Shown: one piece after another, positions 48,497 to 57,616 of the stretch
How positions within the stretch are numbered: position 1 is the first letter of the stretch
Layout: the number at the start of each line of letters is the position of its first letter
Assembly (NCBI GenBank): GCA_938045815.1
Contig: CALIBI010000007.1
Location: 19,864 to 83,863 of the forward strand
Origin: an uncultured Sulfolobales archaeon
Lineage (GTDB): Archaea > Thermoproteota > Thermoprotei_A > Sulfolobales > NBVN01
DNA: 64,000 nucleotides
Direction of reading: 5' to 3'
Notes under the pieces: model-generated
Database searches by the model: none
Seen by the model: the letters and a program-made list of their open reading frames with translations, nothing else
Told to the model about the DNA's origin: nothing
Position numbers and translations under genes: made by a program

Positions 48497-51172
48497 CTAA
48501 ATCTTTATTTTAAGGGTTTTCCTAAGCTCATCAACCACCATTATTGGTATTGAGGTCAGGAGCGCTAGGAAAATAAGCTCTAGAGGCAACTCTACAGTCT
48601 TGAATGCTGACGAGAGCTGCGGCACGTATACCGTGATCAGCAACAGGATTAATGAGGCAATTATTGAGGGGATAAGCCACTTATTAAATGGTTTGAACCA
48701 GAAATGCATGCTCTCAGATCTCGAAACTAACGCTCTCCCGAACTCGCTCATCCCGATAGCTATGAAGACTAGCGTTCTGGCTAAGTCTTTATTAATGTAG
48801 GTATTGAGGGTAAACAAATATATAGCTAAGTTAATCAGCCCTATGAGAGAACCTAGCAACACGAAATACGCTATCTTCCTGTTAGTTAAGAAGTGTGTTT
48901 GCCTTTTTCTTGGAGGCCTCCTCATTAAGTCAGGTTCCGGAGGCTCGGTACTGAGAGCTAGAGCAGGTAGAGCGTCCGTCGTAACGTTTATCCACAATAA
49001 TTGTGCTGGGGTTAAGGGTGACGGAAGCATGAGTAGTTCAGCTGATAATATAGTTGCTATCTCACCTAGGTTAGCAGGTAGAAGATAGTTTATCGGCTTC
49101 TTAAGATTCTCAAATATTACTCTCCCCTCCCTAACAGCTGCCGCTATAGTAACGAAATTATCGTCTTTGATGACTAGCTTAGATACTTCCTTAGCTACGT
49201 CAGTTCCTTTAATACCCATAGCTACGCCTAAGTCAGCTTCTTTAAGTGCTAACGCGTCATTCACTCCGTCTCCTGTCATAGCAACCACGTGACCTCTTGC
49301 TTGAAGAGCCTTAACAACTCTCCTCTTATGTTCCGGCGTTACTCTAGCTAGTATAACCACGTCATCTATTACTTTCTCTAATTCTGCGTCACTCATGCTG
49401 TCTAGGTCTTTACCTTCAAGCACTAAGCCTTCGTCAAGCCCTATTAAACGACCTATCGCCTCAGCGGTTAATTTATGATCGCCAGTAATCATCACTGTTT
49501 TTATTCCTGCTCTACGTAACTCCTCCACAGCCTCCCTAACACCTTCCCTCGGAGGATCAATAATCCCCATAATCGATAAGAAAGTAAATTCTTTCTCTAC
49601 TTCCTCAATACTTTGTTCAAGAATATCGTGCTTAACTAACTTGTAAGCAATACCGAACGTTCTGAAGCCTTGGGAAGCTATTGACTCTATATAATTATTT
49701 ATTTCTTCCCTCAACTCATCATTGAGTGGTTCAGGAGATCCGTTAACCATAACGTGACTTGAGAGACTGAGGAGTAATTCAGGAGCTCCAGAGGATATAA
49801 CTAAATATTCGTTGTTGTCGAGCTTATGTATCGTAGTTTTTCTTTTTCTAAACCTATCGAACGGGATGACCTTAATTAGGTTAGTGTTTTTCTTCAAGTC
49901 TTCAACTCTCTCCTTACCCAAGACTTTATAAGAGAATACTAGAGCAGCTCCCTCAGTAGGAGATCCCTTAATTCTCCATACGCCGTTGTCATAGAATAAG
50001 CTGGCGTCCTCACCAACGTGAGTGACTAAGTACTCTGCTAGTTTCTCGAGTTCTCTAGTCATAGTTACTTCGTCTTCAGAGTCGTTAAGAAATACACTAC
50101 CTACTGGCTCAAAACCCTCACCACTTACCTCAAGCTCCGCACCACCGACCCAGACCTTCTTGACAGTCATCTCACCCTTAGTTATGGTTCCTGTCTTGTC
50201 TGACGCTACGACGTCGCAAGCACCTAAGGTTTCTATAGCTCCTAGTTCTCTCACTATTACGTTCTTCTTCGTCATTCTGTATGCTCCTAAAGCGAGTACT
50301 GACGTAACTATAGCAGGCAAGCCCTCCGGTATAGCTGCTACTGCTAAAGCAACAGCAAGAAGTAGTGACTCAATTACCGGTTCTTTGACTACTAAATACG
50401 AGATAACGAATATCAAGACACTTATACCGAGTATTACGGCTCCAAGCTTCTTGCCGAGCTTGTCAAGCTCTTCCTCAAGTAACGTCTTTTTTTCTTTTAT
50501 CTCACCGAGCTTCTCAGCTATCTTACCTAACTCGGTTCTAGAGCCTGTCGCAACTACTACCCCCCTACACTTACCAGAATATATGTAGGTACCCATAAAC
50601 AGCATATTACTTCTTGAGTGAATACTTGTTTCCTCAGATAGTATTAGGGAATGATCTTTCAGAACAGGCTCAGACTCCCCCGTAAGGGGGGACTCATCAA
50701 CCTTCAAGTCTACGGAATCTATGAGTCGAATATCAGCGGGTACTTTATCGCCCTCACTCAGGAGAACAATATCACCCGGCACTAACTCTGTTGAGGGAAT
50801 CACGACAATTTTCCCGTCCCTAACGACCTTAACCTCGGAAACAACGAGTTTCTTTAAAGCTTCTATAGCTTTCTCAGCTCTAAACTCCTGGAGAAAACCT
50901 GAAACACCCATTATGAGAACTATGAGTAGTATAGCTAACGCGTCAGTTAACTCGCCTAGAAACCCCGCGACTAGCGTAGCTATCAACAAAATCAGTATTA
51001 GGAAATTAGTGAACTGCTTAAGAAAAAGCTTAGCTAGAGATTTAGGCTTACCTCTCAACTCGTTAAAACCATATATACCAAGTCTTTTCTCAGCTTCACT
51101 TGATGTAAGTCCTTCTAAGGTAGTGCCGAGCTCTCTAAGGATTTCCTGAGCCTCTCTCGAGTGCCACGCCAT
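48497..51172 (-). CDS. P-type ATPase, type II (Ca2+-transporting-like)
   Basis: 891 aa. TGES, phosphorylation site SDKTGTIT, TGDGVNDA, 10 TM layout. Confidence 0.9.
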   Translation of the reverse strand: MAWHSREAQEILRELGTTLEGLTSSEAEKRLGIYGFNELRGKPKSLAKLFLKQFTNFLILILLIATLVAGFLGELTDALAILLIVLIMGVSGFLQEFRAEKAIEALKKLVVSEVKVVRDGKIVVIPSTELVPGDIVLLSEGDKVPADIRLIDSVDLKVDESPLTGESEPVLKDHSLILSEETSIHSRSNMLFMGTYIYSGKCRGVVVATGSRTELGKIAEKLGEIKEKKTLLEEELDKLGKKLGAVILGISVLIFVISYLVVKEPVIESLLLAVALAVAAIPEGLPAIVTSVLALGAYRMTKKNVIVRELGAIETLGACDVVASDKTGTITKGEMTVKKVWVGGAELEVSGEGFEPVGSVFLNDSEDEVTMTRELEKLAEYLVTHVGEDASLFYDNGVWRIKGSPTEGAALVFSYKVLGKERVEDLKKNTNLIKVIPFDRFRKRKTTIHKLDNNEYLVISSGAPELLLSLSSHVMVNGSPEPLNDELREEINNYIESIASQGFRTFGIAYKLVKHDILEQSIEEVEKEFTFLSIMGIIDPPREGVREAVEELRRAGIKTVMITGDHKLTAEAIGRLIGLDEGLVLEGKDLDSMSDAELEKVIDDVVILARVTPEHKRRVVKALQARGHVVAMTGDGVNDALALKEADLGVAMGIKGTDVAKEVSKLVIKDDNFVTIAAAVREGRVIFENLKKPINYLLPANLGEIATILSAELLMLPSPLTPAQLLWINVTTDALPALALSTEPPEPDLMRRPPRKRQTHFLTNRKIAYFVLLGSLIGLINLAIYLFTLNTYINKDLARTLVFIAIGMSEFGRALVSRSESMHFWFKPFNKWLIPSIIASLILLLITVYVPQLSSAFKTVELPLELIFLALLTSIPIMVVDELRKTLKIKI

Positions 51173-51240
51173 TCACTCGCTTCCCAAACTCTTATGTAGT
51201 TGAGGCACGCTTAAAAATTACGATCTGTATTTAGACTTGA

Positions 51241-52062
51241 GTGAACAACTTGAAAGAGATGCTCGTGGCTGTGGCCAGAGAAGTTGCTGACTACTTAACC
51301 GAGACCCGCAGACCCTCTACGATAGTTAGAGTCAACTCTAGCGGAGACACTAGTAAGGTTTTCGATGTAGAAGCAGAAAACATTATCTTTGAGGAGTTGA
51401 GAAGAAGAATTAAAGAATGTTTTCTCTTCGTTAGTGAGGAGTCAGGCGTTCGTCGCTTCTGCGATGAGCCTAGATGGGTTGTTGTGGTAGACCCGGTAGA
51501 CGGGTCTATGAATTATGATGCTCAAATACCTTGGGTATCTATCTCTTTAGCCGTAGCTCCGCTAGAAGGTAGGGAACCAACGATAGGAGATGTTTCTTAC
51601 GCGGTAGTTTATGATGTTTTTCGTAAGATAGACTATAGCTTCGATCAAACGGAGGGAGTAACTATTGCTGGCACTCCAGCAAAAAGAAGACTTAAACCCT
51701 CGAGTGTTGTGTTAGGGTATTTTGAATCACCTGACTCCTACAAGGTAATTCCGTATTACTGGGCTGAGAGAGGTTCTCGAGCTAGCTTGAGATCATTAGG
51801 TAGTGCAGCACTAGACATAATATATGTTGGGTTAGGTAATGCTGAAGTATTCGTTGATACGAGAGCTAAGCTAAGAAACGTTGACGTAGCGGCAGCTTTA
51901 AGGATAGCCTTAGTTCTCGGAGCTAAAGCTAAGTTATGTAGCGATATAAGCGCGTCATCAGTTACGTTAAGAGACATTAAAAAGATTGAGTGCTTGCTAG
52001 TAGGGTATGACGAGAATTATTTAAACAAGCTTAGTAAAGCATACTTTAAGAGTCAGACCTAG
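51241..52062 (+). CDS. Inositol monophosphatase / fructose-1,6-bisphosphatase family
   Basis: 273 aa, GTG start. FVSEESG and VVVDPVDGSMNY metal-binding motifs. Confidence 0.8.
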   Translation: MNNLKEMLVAVAREVADYLTETRRPSTIVRVNSSGDTSKVFDVEAENIIFEELRRRIKECFLFVSEESGVRRFCDEPRWVVVVDPVDGSMNYDAQIPWVSISLAVAPLEGREPTIGDVSYAVVYDVFRKIDYSFDQTEGVTIAGTPAKRRLKPSSVVLGYFESPDSYKVIPYYWAERGSRASLRSLGSAALDIIYVGLGNAEVFVDTRAKLRNVDVAAALRIALVLGAKAKLCSDISASSVTLRDIKKIECLLVGYDENYLNKLSKAYFKSQT

Positions 52063-52092
52063 ATTAAGTTTTCTTAAAAAAAGTACTTGATC

Positions 52093-52587
52093 TTAAGGTA
52101 CTGGCTTATAGATCAACTTCTTCAGAGCTCTAACCCTTAATTCTTTAGCTACCTCAGCTGTAGTGCCCCACACTATAGCTCTGGTCGGACACATAGATAC
52201 ACATCCAGGCGTTAATCCTTCAGATCTTAGTGGGTTACATAAGTCACACTTAGTAGCAAATCCAGGCGGTATTATCTCGGGGATCCCGAAAGGACAGGCA
52301 GCTAAGCACGCAGAACATCCTATACACTTAGAAATATCTACTAAGACAGCGCCGTCCTTATCCCTATGCATAGCTCCAGTAGGGCATGCCGTAACGCAGG
52401 GTGCCTTAGCGCAGTGGAAGCACGATATAGGTTTGTTAAGTCCTCCCCCTATATCATACAACACTATGTAGCCCTTACCCTCGTGTATGAAGGAGCATAC
52501 TTCCTCACAGGTATAGCAACCTATACATACGTCATAATTTATTACTCGATTCACTCCCCCGTACTTACTAAAGGTTTCTAAATCCAT
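52093..52587 (-). CDS. HycB/NrfC-type 4x[4Fe-4S] electron-transfer protein
   Basis: 164 aa. Four Cys clusters: CIGCYTCEEVC, CFHCAKAPCVTACP, CIGCSACLAACP, CDLC...CVSMCP. Starts 1 nt after the stop of the flavoprotein gene. Confidence 0.85.
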   Translation of the reverse strand: MDLETFSKYGGVNRVINYDVCIGCYTCEEVCSFIHEGKGYIVLYDIGGGLNKPISCFHCAKAPCVTACPTGAMHRDKDGAVLVDISKCIGCSACLAACPFGIPEIIPPGFATKCDLCNPLRSEGLTPGCVSMCPTRAIVWGTTAEVAKELRVRALKKLIYKPVP

Positions 52588-52588
52588 C

Positions 52589-53644
52589 TCACACCACCTT
52601 CTTAGCTCTTAAGAAATGATCTAGGTGTGTAGCAGCCCTTAATCCACTCCCGATGGCTTTACCAATCATTGAAGGACCTGTGACTACATCTCCCGCAGCA
52701 AAGACTTTCTCAATCCCTGTCTGCATTCTCTCATTAACTATTATTGTCTTCCTCTTCGGGTCTACTTTAACGCCATCGCATTCGGTGTTTAGTGGCGGGG
52801 TCGGTATCTCTCCTACAGCCGCTAGAACCATATCCGCTTCTATGACGTGTTCTGTGCCAGGCATAGGTACTGGTCTGGGTCTTCCGGTTTCGTCAGGCTC
52901 TCCTAGCCTCATTTTAACGAATTCTACCCCAACTGCTTTATCGTTTGACACAACAACTTTAGTTGGTTGGATAAGTTCTACCCACTTAACACCCTCGGAA
53001 ACCACCCTACGTACCTCATACTCCCCTGCAGGTGCTTCTCTGATGGTTCTTCTGTAGGTTAGGTAGACTTCCTTAGCGCCCTTCATTAAGGCTACTTCTG
53101 CAGCGTCTATCGCGCTATACCCCCCGCCAATAACAACGACTTTATTACCTACTGGCGGTTTGTGTGTCGTGTATCCTAACTCATATGTCCACCAACTATA
53201 GACGTATTCTAGAGCTGAGAAAACCCCCTTAGCGTTATCTCCTGGCACACCTAATCTCCTCGAAGACCATATACCAGTCGTTAGTAACACGGCATCATAC
53301 TCGTTTACGATTTTCTTCAGGTCAATCAAGTTATTAATAAACTCGTCACCCTCATCGTGTCTAGGTTCGCCGCAGAAAACCTTAGTCCTATAACTAAACT
53401 TAACGCCGAAGTTCTTTTCAAGGTCTTCAATCCCTTCGGTGATGCTGTCTCTATGTATTCTGTATGGGGGTATACCGAACATCATCATGCCTCCTGCGAG
53501 AGGTAATTTCTCGTAAACGTCTACTTCATACCCATAACATACTAGGTAGCCCGTAGCTGCTAGACCCGCTGGACCACCACCCACAACAGCTACTTTACCT
53601 CTACCGCCCGCCTGCCCTTTCTTGCACATGAAAGCAAATTTCAT
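52589..53644 (-). CDS. GltD/SudA/NfnB-like NAD(P)H:FAD oxidoreductase lacking the N-terminal Fe-S domain
   Basis: 351 aa. Two dinucleotide folds VVGGGPAG and VIGGGYSAIDAA; AAGDVVTG. GAGGTGAT (53653-53660) lies 8 nt upstream of the ATG. Confidence 0.82.
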   Translation of the reverse strand: MKFAFMCKKGQAGGRGKVAVVGGGPAGLAATGYLVCYGYEVDVYEKLPLAGGMMMFGIPPYRIHRDSITEGIEDLEKNFGVKFSYRTKVFCGEPRHDEGDEFINNLIDLKKIVNEYDAVLLTTGIWSSRRLGVPGDNAKGVFSALEYVYSWWTYELGYTTHKPPVGNKVVVIGGGYSAIDAAEVALMKGAKEVYLTYRRTIREAPAGEYEVRRVVSEGVKWVELIQPTKVVVSNDKAVGVEFVKMRLGEPDETGRPRPVPMPGTEHVIEADMVLAAVGEIPTPPLNTECDGVKVDPKRKTIIVNERMQTGIEKVFAAGDVVTGPSMIGKAIGSGLRAATHLDHFLRAKKVV

Positions 53645-53665
53645 CTTGCTTCATCACCTCATAAA

Positions 53666-53923
53666 TCAATCTGAAGCAATTATTAATTTGATGTAGGAGT
53701 TCTCAACTCTTTTCCCAGAAAGCTTCTCAATCACTTCCACATCACTAATTCTGACTTCCCCTCTCTTAAGTAGTTGATCTAATTCTTGAGCTGATAAAGC
53801 ATTTCTCACGTAGTCCAGCTCCACCACTTCTACATCCTCACAGACAGAGTACGGTGCTACATGATGCCTCGGAATAACAGCACCTGAACCATGTTCAACG
53901 CAGTAGTAGATCCTAACTCTCAA
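53666..53923 (-). CDS. Hypothetical 85-aa protein inside the hydrogenase operon
   Basis: Soluble, no motif recognised. Overlaps the upstream gene end by 11 nt. Confidence 0.5.
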   Translation of the reverse strand: MRVRIYYCVEHGSGAVIPRHHVAPYSVCEDVEVVELDYVRNALSAQELDQLLKRGEVRISDVEVIEKLSGKRVENSYIKLIIASD

Positions 53924-54461
53924 CAGCCGTCACCCTCCTGTGTTTTGATTTAGGCTGAAGAAGACCTAGCAACACTGCGGCACCATAAATAATTGCTTCA
54001 GGTCTTACAGGACATCCAGGAACGTAAACTACCTTATCTACCTCCACACCAGCTTCCTTAAGAATTTTTTCTAGGTTGGGATATCCTCCTAAGGTAGCGT
54101 AAGTATTGAACCATATCCCACCCCCAACACCGCAGGAGCCTAGAGCTAGCACGAGTCTAGGTCTCGGCATAGCCTTAATAGCCCTGACTACCTTACTTAT
54201 AGTCTTGATGGTGACAGGTCCTGTCAGCAGTATCAGGTCAGCGTGCCTTGGAGAACCAACCAACTTAATACCGAATCTCTCGACATCGAAGTAAGGTGTT
54301 AAAACGTCTAAGACCTCAATATCACACCCGTTACAGCTACCAGTATTTAAGTGGAAAACCCATATGCTTCTCTTAAGCTTACTAAAAGCTTCTTCAAGAA
54401 CATTAAGATTAAACTCCAGAGGCTCTAAGTTGGGTCTCCCTCCGTTACTCACCACTAACAC
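53913..54461 (-). CDS. [NiFe] hydrogenase small subunit, HycG/NuoB-like
   Basis: 182 aa. SCNGCDIEV, ERFGIKLVGSPRHADLILLTGPVT, LGSCGVGGG, VPGCPVRPE. Colinear with E. coli HycG. Confidence 0.88.
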   Translation of the reverse strand: MLVVSNGGRPNLEPLEFNLNVLEEAFSKLKRSIWVFHLNTGSCNGCDIEVLDVLTPYFDVERFGIKLVGSPRHADLILLTGPVTIKTISKVVRAIKAMPRPRLVLALGSCGVGGGIWFNTYATLGGYPNLEKILKEAGVEVDKVVYVPGCPVRPEAIIYGAAVLLGLLQPKSKHRRVTAVES

Positions 54462-54963
54462 CCACCACCTTACTCCCTATCTTACGTGCGGTTAGTTTCT
54501 TCCTACACTCAGGACATACCTCGAGGAGGTCCTCAGGAACTTTATTCTCTATCCTCCTCTCAACCTCCTTAATAAGCTTCACTGTAGTAAAAGACTTACC
54601 GCAAATCCCGCACTTAACGGTTGTGTGAACCACCTCGTTATAAAGATCTCCTAACTCCCACGTAGCTAGCTCGAATTCCCTAGAAACCGTTATGGCTTTC
54701 TGAGGACACACGTAAGCACACATACCGCAGAAAATACACTTGCCTACGAAATACTTAAGTGTTGCTTCATCACCTTCGTAACTTATGGTCAGTGCTTTAG
54801 GAGGGCATATCCTCGTGCAGGCACCACACCCAACACACTTAACCGGGTCTACCTCAATTTTTCCTCTAAACTCAGGAGTAACTAATGGTGACTCGAAGGG
54901 GTACTTCCTTGTTGCGGTTCCTTCACGAACCGAGATAGAAAGCATCTTCAGGAATTTAACCAT
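54445..54963 (-). CDS. HycF/NuoI-like 2x[4Fe-4S] subunit with HycF-type C-terminal Cys ribbon
   Basis: 172 aa. TATRKYPFE, CVGCGACTRICP, CIFCGMCAYVCP, then KCGICGKSF...VCPECRKK (E. coli HycF has CNCRVCNRPF...CPECKR). Confidence 0.85.
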   Translation of the reverse strand: MVKFLKMLSISVREGTATRKYPFESPLVTPEFRGKIEVDPVKCVGCGACTRICPPKALTISYEGDEATLKYFVGKCIFCGMCAYVCPQKAITVSREFELATWELGDLYNEVVHTTVKCGICGKSFTTVKLIKEVERRIENKVPEDLLEVCPECRKKLTARKIGSKVVGVSGE

Positions 54964-56668
54964 CCTTCCACCTCCTCCTAGAAATAACCTCTAGAGGTAG
55001 TGTCTTAATATTACCTGATTTCAAGTTTATGATTAATGCTCTGTCAGTACATGAGAAGCATGGGTCTATGCTGGCTATAGTTAGTGGTGCGTCAGCTAAG
55101 TCAACTCCTTTAAGCATTATTGGGACTGCCTGGAGGTTCTGGTACGTCGGGGCTCTAACTCTCCACCTGTACGGCCCATAAAGATCTGTTATGACTACGT
55201 GTATTACCTCACCCCTAGGAGCTTCTACTGAGCCGATCCCTAACCTCATTGGTTGGGGTTCCCATCTCTCAGCTTTTATAGGACCGCTCGGCAGCATATC
55301 AATAAGTTGCTCAATTATGCTTATACTCTCAAAAACCTCGTCTATCCTAACCAGAGTTCTTGCTAAGTTATCGCCTTCAGTGTAAACAGGTACTTTGAAG
55401 TTGACGTAGTGATAAGCTGCGTAAGTGTAATCTTTTCTCACATCTCTCGCTAACCCGGAGCCCCTGGCAGTCGGGCCTACTAGAGAGTATGCTCTAGCCT
55501 CACCCCTAGGGAGTATGCCTGTACCTGTGAGTCTTGCCCTAACTTGCGGCACGCTGGTTGCAACATCTACGAACTCCTTAAATTCTTTCTTTAGCTGGTT
55601 TAACGTTTCTCTGATTTTAGGTATTTTATCCTTATCAATATCTTTCTTAACACCCCCAACTAAATCTATGCCGTAAGTCTTCCTACTACCCGTTAGTAGT
55701 TCTGCTAGCACCATGACTTTCTCTCTGATCCTCCAAGCATGCATGAAGCCTGTATCATAACCTAGCAAATGAAGAGCTACACCAAGCCATAGGAGGTGAC
55801 TATGCAGTCTCTCCACCTCAAGAACTATAGATCTTATGAAGTGTGCTCTCTCAGGTACTTCTATCCCTAGCGCGTCCTCAACCGCCTGAACGTAGCTAGT
55901 TGAGTGAACGAATCCGCAGATCCCGCAAATACGTTCAGCCAAGAAAGGAACTTGGTCATACTTCATGCTCTCCGCGAGTTTCTCAATACCTCTGTGAACC
56001 ATGAAACCAACATACCTCGCATCAACTACTTTCTCTCCTCTAACATACAGCTCGAAATACTCGGGCTCGTGAAGTGCTGGGTGGTAAGGACCAACAGGTA
56101 TTCTCACAACCTCCTCCACACCTAATTCAGAAATACGAGACACTACTTGAGGCTGGTACAACTTCTTTATTTCATCCATGCTAACATCCTTTCTTAGCGG
56201 GTAAAGCTCTTCCGGCCAGTCATCAGGCAGAACTAATCTCCTCAAAGCCCTGCCGTTGAATTCCACTCCTACGAGGTCGTGTGCTTCCAGCTCGTACCAG
56301 TCAGAAGCTCTGAAAAGATCACTTATGGTGTCTACCTTAACCCCGTCCGTTACAGGTACTTCAAAAACAATATTTGTTCCTTCACTATCAATCCCGAACA
56401 CGTAATAAAGCTTAATAAGACCCTCCCTAAGTCTCTCGTCTGAAGCACTCATAGTCCTGAAGTATAGGTCATGTTCTTTATAGATGTTCTCGAGAGCAGT
56501 TCGTAAGCAATTAGCTTTAATCTTTACTCTGATAGTAACACCACTCCTACTCAAACCTAGTAATGAATCCTTGCAAACACTAAGTGCTTTTGATAATATA
56601 GCGTGACTTCTAGGACCCCTAGATAATTCTTCTATCATTTCATTAAGCTCATTAAGATCATAACTCAC
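54956..56668 (-). CDS. Group-4 [NiFe] hydrogenase large subunit, HycE-like NuoC-NuoD fusion
   Basis: 570 aa, GTG start. NuoC-like N-domain (DWYELEAHDLVGVEF). L1 motif RICGICGFVH (55904-55933). C-terminal DPCFSCTDR (55040-55066) followed by a 27-aa extension. Confidence 0.9.
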   Translation of the reverse strand: MSYDLNELNEMIEELSRGPRSHAILSKALSVCKDSLLGLSRSGVTIRVKIKANCLRTALENIYKEHDLYFRTMSASDERLREGLIKLYYVFGIDSEGTNIVFEVPVTDGVKVDTISDLFRASDWYELEAHDLVGVEFNGRALRRLVLPDDWPEELYPLRKDVSMDEIKKLYQPQVVSRISELGVEEVVRIPVGPYHPALHEPEYFELYVRGEKVVDARYVGFMVHRGIEKLAESMKYDQVPFLAERICGICGFVHSTSYVQAVEDALGIEVPERAHFIRSIVLEVERLHSHLLWLGVALHLLGYDTGFMHAWRIREKVMVLAELLTGSRKTYGIDLVGGVKKDIDKDKIPKIRETLNQLKKEFKEFVDVATSVPQVRARLTGTGILPRGEARAYSLVGPTARGSGLARDVRKDYTYAAYHYVNFKVPVYTEGDNLARTLVRIDEVFESISIIEQLIDMLPSGPIKAERWEPQPMRLGIGSVEAPRGEVIHVVITDLYGPYRWRVRAPTYQNLQAVPIMLKGVDLADAPLTIASIDPCFSCTDRALIINLKSGNIKTLPLEVISRRRWKDG

Positions 56669-56704
56669 TTCTTCCTACCCCCTCTATTACTATGTTATTT
56701 ACGT

Positions 56705-57616
56705 TTAAATACCAATCCAAGTAAAAATCACCAAAACAATTAAAACAAGTAAGTAGTATGTGAACAAAGTCCTCACACCTATATCTACGCGTGTCCTCCC
56801 TAAGAGAGCAGCTACTACACCGTAAGCCAGGTAGAAACACATCGAAAGCAGTAAGGACATTGGGAAAACTACTAGTAGGGTGGGGAGGGAAGTTATGAAT
56901 GGGGTTGCTAAAGCTATAGCTACTAGAAGAGATAGAACGTACCTCATTAATAGGTGTGTGTATATGTAGAAGCCAAGTAGCTTACCACTAAACTCTATGA
57001 GAATTCCTGAAGCTAGCTCAGGTTCTGCTTCATGAATATCGAATGGTAAGCGACCACTACTAACGTACGTAGCGATTAGCAAGATCGCTAGGCTCGACAA
57101 ATAAATAATAAGTGTTGAGATCGAGTAATTAGTCACTAGCCTAAGACCTGAAAGAATAGAGAAGAAACTACCCACAACTAACCCGAGCTCGTTAAGTACT
57201 GTTAAGAGTATGCTTCTGTAGCTACCTATTAAAGCGAATGGGTTGGAAGTCGTAGCTGAAGCTACTAAACCTAAACTATGTGAAGCAGCAACGAGAACCA
57301 AAAACATAGCTAAGACTATTAAGTCTACGTTAGTAGTTAGTGTTAGAACTACGTAAACCACAGCATAAAGAGACATTAAAGTTACTAGTAGTGAGAGTAT
57401 GATCAGGAACGCCGCGGACTCCCCGCTAATAGGTATCTTGAGCTCCTTAACACCTAGCTTAAGTAAGTCGTACCATGTCTGAAAAAGAGTTGGTGGTCCA
57501 ATCCTGCTCTGTATTTTAGCTCGAACTTTCCTCTCAATACCGTCTAGTAGTGGGGGTAGGAAAGAAAGTATGGACATAAGCAAGAGAGAAAGTAAGGCTA
57601 TCGCTAAGGCCTCCAT
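56705..57616 (-). CDS. HycD/NuoH-like membrane subunit
   Basis: 303 aa, about 8 TM. ERKVRAKIQSRIGP, LPFDIHEAEPEL blocks. Confidence 0.85.
   Translation of the reverse strand: MEALAIALLSLLLMSILSFLPPLLDGIERKVRAKIQSRIGPPTLFQTWYDLLKLGVKELKIPISGESAAFLIILSLLVTLMSLYAVVYVVLTLTTNVDLIVLAMFLVLVAASHSLGLVASATTSNPFALIGSYRSILLTVLNELGLVVGSFFSILSGLRLVTNYSISTLIIYLSSLAILLIATYVSSGRLPFDIHEAEPELASGILIEFSGKLLGFYIYTHLLMRYVLSLLVAIALATPFITSLPTLLVVFPMSLLLSMCFYLAYGVVAALLGRTRVDIGVRTLFTYYLLVLIVLVIFTWIGI

Noticed and set aside
48600-53057. Track ORFs 48600-48800, 48804-49088, 50022-50588, 50721-51149, 51756-51977, 52163-52471, 52366-52581 and 52653-53057
   Set aside because: Antisense to the P-type ATPase, IMPase, HycB-like and GltD-like genes. 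The long Ser/Thr/Pro-rich ones are typical reverse-frame artefacts of a long, strongly supported gene on the opposite strand.
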